From Nemertoderma westbladi (Eukaryota; Animalia; Xenacoelomorpha), in NCBI GenBank assembly GCA_032718475.1, contig JAUCBJ010000182.1, forward strand, positions 1-37,713: 37,713 bases of DNA, in the 5' to 3' direction. Positions 33,345 through 37,713 of this stretch are shown one piece after another. Positions within the stretch are counted from its first letter, which is position 1. Every line of letters begins with the position of its first letter. A model generated the notes under the pieces. It had not been told where the DNA came from. It saw only the letters and a program-made list of their open reading frames with translations, and did no database searches. The position numbers and the translations under genes are program-made.

Positions 33345-35195
33345 AGGACGGACGGACCACACCCAACAGGAGAAACTATACAACATCCATCGAGCCCATT
33401 GGAAGCGCAGGCGATGGGAATGGCCACGTTGATCGATGCGTTAAAAACTAGGATCGAGTTACCACCCGTGGAACCGTTTAAATTTGATGGGAGTAGGCCG
33501 GAAGAATATCTGCAGTTTCGGCGCATGTATAGTAACGAAATACTAACGAAGAACTTGACGCAGGTGGAGTGCCTAAAATATCTGCAAGTATATACAGGAG
33601 GCCCAGCATACGACATCGTGAGGCAATACCAGGGCATAGAGGGCGGTTTCACGACGGCATGGCGGGCATTGGACAGGGAATACGGGCACCCAGCCAAAAT
33701 CATCCGGCAAACCCTGAGGGGCATAACATCGGGTGGCCTACAGGATAATCCCGTTAGCATAAAGACATTCGCTAACAAAGTCGAGAAGGCGCTAATCATG
33801 CTAAAGACGCTAGATGCGCCATATGAACTCAATGCGTCCAACAACATCACCACGATAGCGCAGGTACTACCGATGTGGCTGCGCAACAAGTGGAGGAAGA
33901 TCGCTTTCTCCACTCGAGATAGGAAGGGTGCGGAACCGAGTTTAGAAGAAATGTCGAGCTTCTTGAACTACGAAGCCGAATTAATAACCGACCCAGTCTA
34001 TAGTGAGGACAGCCTGGGAAAGGGACCAAGAACCGACTACCATAGACCGAAACCAGAACACAACACTTCAAACGCATTACCAAAGCTCAGGCAATCATTG
34101 CCATACACAGCGACGCAGGGGACTGCAAGTCCACAGGTAGCCGGGGGTAAGACCACATCATGGAGCGGACAGGGGAAAGATAACAACACAAATAAATATA
34201 ACCCCAGTACTCCCAGTAGGCCGAACCCAAACAATAAGAATAGTAGGGACTTTGGTACAAATGCAGCTGCGATACGCGATGCACTGTACAAGGACGGCTA
34301 CGACCCAAAGAGCAAATGCCAGCTACATACAAATGCGCTTCATCAAACCTTGAACTGCAGGTACTGGCAAGCGCTACCCAGGGAAGATCAGGTTAGAGTA
34401 CGCGGCGAGAAACGAGATCTGCTCGCGATGTGTGATGAGTGGACATAGAGCTAGGCAATGCAAGGAGACGCCAATTAAGTTCGGTCAAAGGAAAGGCCAA
34501 ATGATGGCAACGAGCACTTTAGGGGCGAAAAGGAGAGGAACAGTGCTACTTGGGGTAGTACCAGTGCGAGTGATTGGAGAAGGCAACCGATCAGTAACCA
34601 CATTGATGCTGGTCGATAGTGGAGCTGCCTTCACATTAATTGAAAATTGGGTGGCCGAAGAGATAGGATTGAGAACGAGGCCAAGTAGAATGGCGGTAAC
34701 AACAATCTCTAGCAAAGATGAGGTCCTGGAGATGAGGACCGGACGGTGCACGATTGCAGCGGTGGCACCGGGATGCGACTACGGGGCGACCATCGACCCC
34801 ATCCAAGTGATAGAGTCAATAAATATCAATGCCAGGCGGCCAACCAACATCGAGGTCGAGCAATATAAATTCCTGGACGATATCGACTTCTCAATCCAGA
34901 GGTGGACGTCAGGAAGGTATCCATCATAGTAGGAATGGACTGCCTGACGGCCCACGAGAGAATGCAAACGGTCTTCGGCGAAGACAGGCAGTGTGATCCG
35001 GTGGCGATATTGACACCGTTCGGGTGGACGCTGAGTGGCCCAATTAAGAGTAAGATACCATTTTGGATGTCGTAGACATCGGGATGCATGTTCGCGGGAA
35101 CTATGCAGGAAATGGGGGATGAGGGAGCGGAGGAACAGCTCAAGAGACTGCTCAGGCAAGATTTTGAGAGACTAAAGGAAACCGGGGTCGGGACC
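33345..35195 (+). pseudogene. Bel/Pao gag core-protease fragment, terminated by the telomere
   Basis: FDGSRPEEYLQF...LKYLQVYTGGPA...LDREYG (DUF1759-like), degenerate knuckles, LVDSGAAFTL protease, then (frameshifted) IIVGMD...LTPFGWTLSGP...LKRLLRQDFERLKETGVGT directly into TTAGGG. Confidence 0.88.
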
Positions 35196-37713
35196 TTAGG
35201 GTTAGGGTTAGGGTTAGGGTTAGGGTTAGGGTTAGGGTTAGGGTTAGGGTTAGGGTTAGGGTTAGGGTTAGGGTTAGGGTTAGGGTTAGGGTTAGGGTTA
35301 GGGTTAGGGTTAGGGTTAGGGTTAGGGTTAGGGTTAGGGTTAGGGTTAGGGTTAGGGTTAGGGTTAGGGTTAGGGTTAGGGTTAGGGTTAGGGTTAGGGT
35401 TAGGGTTAGGGTTAGGGTTAGGGTTAGGGTTAGGGTTAGGGTTAGGGTTAGGGTTAGGGTTAGGGTTAGGGTTAGGGTTAGGGTTAGGGTTAGGGTTAGG
35501 GTTAGGGTTAGGGTTAGGGTTAGGGTTAGGGTTAGGGTTAGGGTTAGGGTTAGGGTTAGGGTTAGGGTTAGGGTTAGGGTTAGGGTTAGGGTTAGGGTTA
35601 GGGTTAGGGTTAGGGTTAGGGTTAGGGTTAGGGTTAGGGTTAGGGTTAGGGTTAGGGTTAGGGTTAGGGTTAGGGTTAGGGTTAGGGTTAGGGTTAGGGT
35701 TAGGGTTAGGGTTAGGGTTAGGGTTAGGGTTAGGGTTAGGGTTAGGGTTAGGGTTAGGGTTAGGGTTAGGGTTAGGGTTAGGGTTAGGGTTAGGGTTAGG
35801 GTTAGGGTTAGGGTTAGGGTTAGGGTTAGGGTTAGGGTTAGGGTTAGGGTTAGGGTTAGGGTTAGGGTTAGGGTTAGGGTTAGGGTTAGGGTTAGGGTTA
35901 GGGTTAGGGTTAGGGTTAGGGTTAGGGTTAGGGTTAGGGTTAGGGTTAGGGTTAGGGTTAGGGTTAGGGTTAGGGTTAGGGTTAGGGTTAGGGTTAGGGT
36001 TAGGGTTAGGGTTAGGGTTAGGGTTAGGGTTAGGGTTAGGGTTAGGGTTAGGGTTAGGGTTAGGGTTAGGGTTAGGGTTAGGGTTAGGGTTAGGGTTAGG
36101 GTTAGGGTTAGGGTTAGGGTTAGGGTTAGGGTTAGGGTTAGGGTTAGGGTTAGGGTTAGGGTTAGGGTTAGGGTTAGGGTTAGGGTTAGGGTTAGGGTTA
36201 GGGTTAGGGTTAGGGTTAGGGTTAGGGTTAGGGTTAGGGTTAGGGTTAGGGTTAGGGTTAGGGTTAGGGTTAGGGTTAGGGTTAGGGTTAGGGTTAGGGT
36301 TAGGGTTAGGGTTAGGGTTAGGGTTAGGGTTAGGGTTAGGGTTAGGGTTAGGGTTAGGGTTAGGGTTAGGGTTAGGGTTAGGGTTAGGGTTAGGGTTAGG
36401 GTTAGGGTTAGGGTTAGGGTTAGGGTTAGGGTTAGGGTTAGGGTTAGGGTTAGGGTTAGGGTTAGGGTTAGGGTTAGGGTTAGGGTTAGGGTTAGGGTTA
36501 GGGTTAGGGTTAGGGTTAGGGTTAGGGTTAGGGTTAGGGTTAGGGTTAGGGTTAGGGTTAGGGTTAGGGTTAGGGTTAGGGTTAGGGTTAGGGTTAGGGT
36601 TAGGGTTAGGGTTAGGGTTAGGGTTAGGGTTAGGGTTAGGGTTAGGGTTAGGGTTAGGGTTAGGGTTAGGGTTAGGGTTAGGGTTAGGGTTAGGGTTAGG
36701 GTTAGGGTTAGGGTTAGGGTTAGGGTTAGGGTTAGGGTTAGGGTTAGGGTTAGGGTTAGGGTTAGGGTTAGGGTTAGGGTTAGGGTTAGGGTTAGGGTTA
36801 GGGTTAGGGTTAGGGTTAGGGTTAGGGTTAGGGTTAGGGTTAGGGTTAGGGTTAGGGTTAGGGTTAGGGTTAGGGTTAGGGTTAGGGTTAGGGTTAGGGT
36901 TAGGGTTAGGGTTAGGGTTAGGGTTAGGGTTAGGGTTAGGGTTAGGGTTAGGGTTAGGGTTAGGGTTAGGGTTAGGGTTAGGGTTAGGGTTAGGGTTAGG
37001 GTTAGGGTTAGGGTTAGGGTTAGGGTTAGGGTTAGGGTTAGGGTTAGGGTTAGGGTTAGGGTTAGGGTTAGGGTTAGGGTTAGGGTTAGGGTTAGGGTTA
37101 GGGTTAGGGTTAGGGTTAGGGTTAGGGTTAGGGTTAGGGTTAGGGTTAGGGTTAGGGTTAGGGTTAGGGTTAGGGTTAGGGTTAGGGTTAGGGTTAGGGT
37201 TAGGGTTAGGGTTAGGGTTAGGGTTAGGGTTAGGGTTAGGGTTAGGGTTAGGGTTAGGGTTAGGGTTAGGGTTAGGGTTAGGGTTAGGGTTAGGGTTAGG
37301 GTTAGGGTTAGGGTTAGGGTTAGGGTTAGGGTTAGGGTTAGGGTTAGGGTTAGGGTTAGGGTTAGGGTTAGGGTTAGGGTTAGGGTTAGGGTTAGGGTTA
37401 GGGTTAGGGTTAGGGTTAGGGTTAGGGTTAGGGTTAGGGTTAGGGTTAGGGTTAGGGTTAGGGTTAGGGTTAGGGTTAGGGTTAGGGTTAGGGTTAGGGT
37501 TAGGGTTAGGGTTAGGGTTAGGGTTAGGGTTAGGGTTAGGGTTAGGGTTAGGGTTAGGGTTAGGGTTAGGGTTAGGGTTAGGGTTAGGGTTAGGGTTAGG
37601 GTTAGGGTTAGGGTTAGGGTTAGGGTTAGGGTTAGGGTTAGGGTTAGGGTTAGGGTTAGGGTTAGGGTTAGGGTTAGGGTTAGGGTTAGGGTTAGGGTTA
37701 GGGTTAGGGTTAG
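35196..37713 (+). repeat. Telomere (TTAGGG)n, ~419 units
   Basis: Uninterrupted TTAGGG from 35196 to the window end, with the G-strand running 5'->3' toward the end as expected for a real chromosome terminus. Confidence 0.99.

Noticed and set aside
33345-33520. Continuation of the gag interrupted at 24032 (i.e. the far side of the LTR insertion)
   Set aside because: It overlaps 23860-24032 by ~170 bp with many substitutions instead of a 5-bp TSD, so it is a separate, diverged copy.
33345-35260. Telomere-specific retrotransposon (TRAS/SART/HeT-A type)
   Set aside because: The adjacent sequence is internal LTR-element pol, with no element terminus, poly(A) or proximal telomeric repeats.

Overview
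This is a eukaryotic (probably metazoan invertebrate) chromosome end. About 35.2 kb of nested transposable elements, with no recognisable host gene, is followed by 2.5 kb of pure (TTAGGG)n telomere. Contents: several Bel/Pao LTR retrotransposon fragments with three related LTRs; a tRNA-derived SINE; two self-nested TTAA-specific piggyBac-like non-autonomous elements; a 4-kb CMC/EnSpm-like TIR element carrying a CRE retrotransposon 3' fragment and a ~21-bp minisatellite; one intact full-length RTE LINE with a 14-bp TSD plus three truncated copies; and a probable Helitron end. The most notable item is a Bel/Pao element (24033-32320, minus strand). Between pol and its 3' LTR, in the env position, it carries an extra ~860-codon ORF with a DEDD(y)-type 3'-5' exonuclease domain and three CCHC zinc knuckles. 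Second, the telomere is joined directly into the middle of a Bel/Pao pol sequence with no degenerate repeats, consistent with recent de novo telomere healing. All family calls come from reading motifs by eye; no searches were run.
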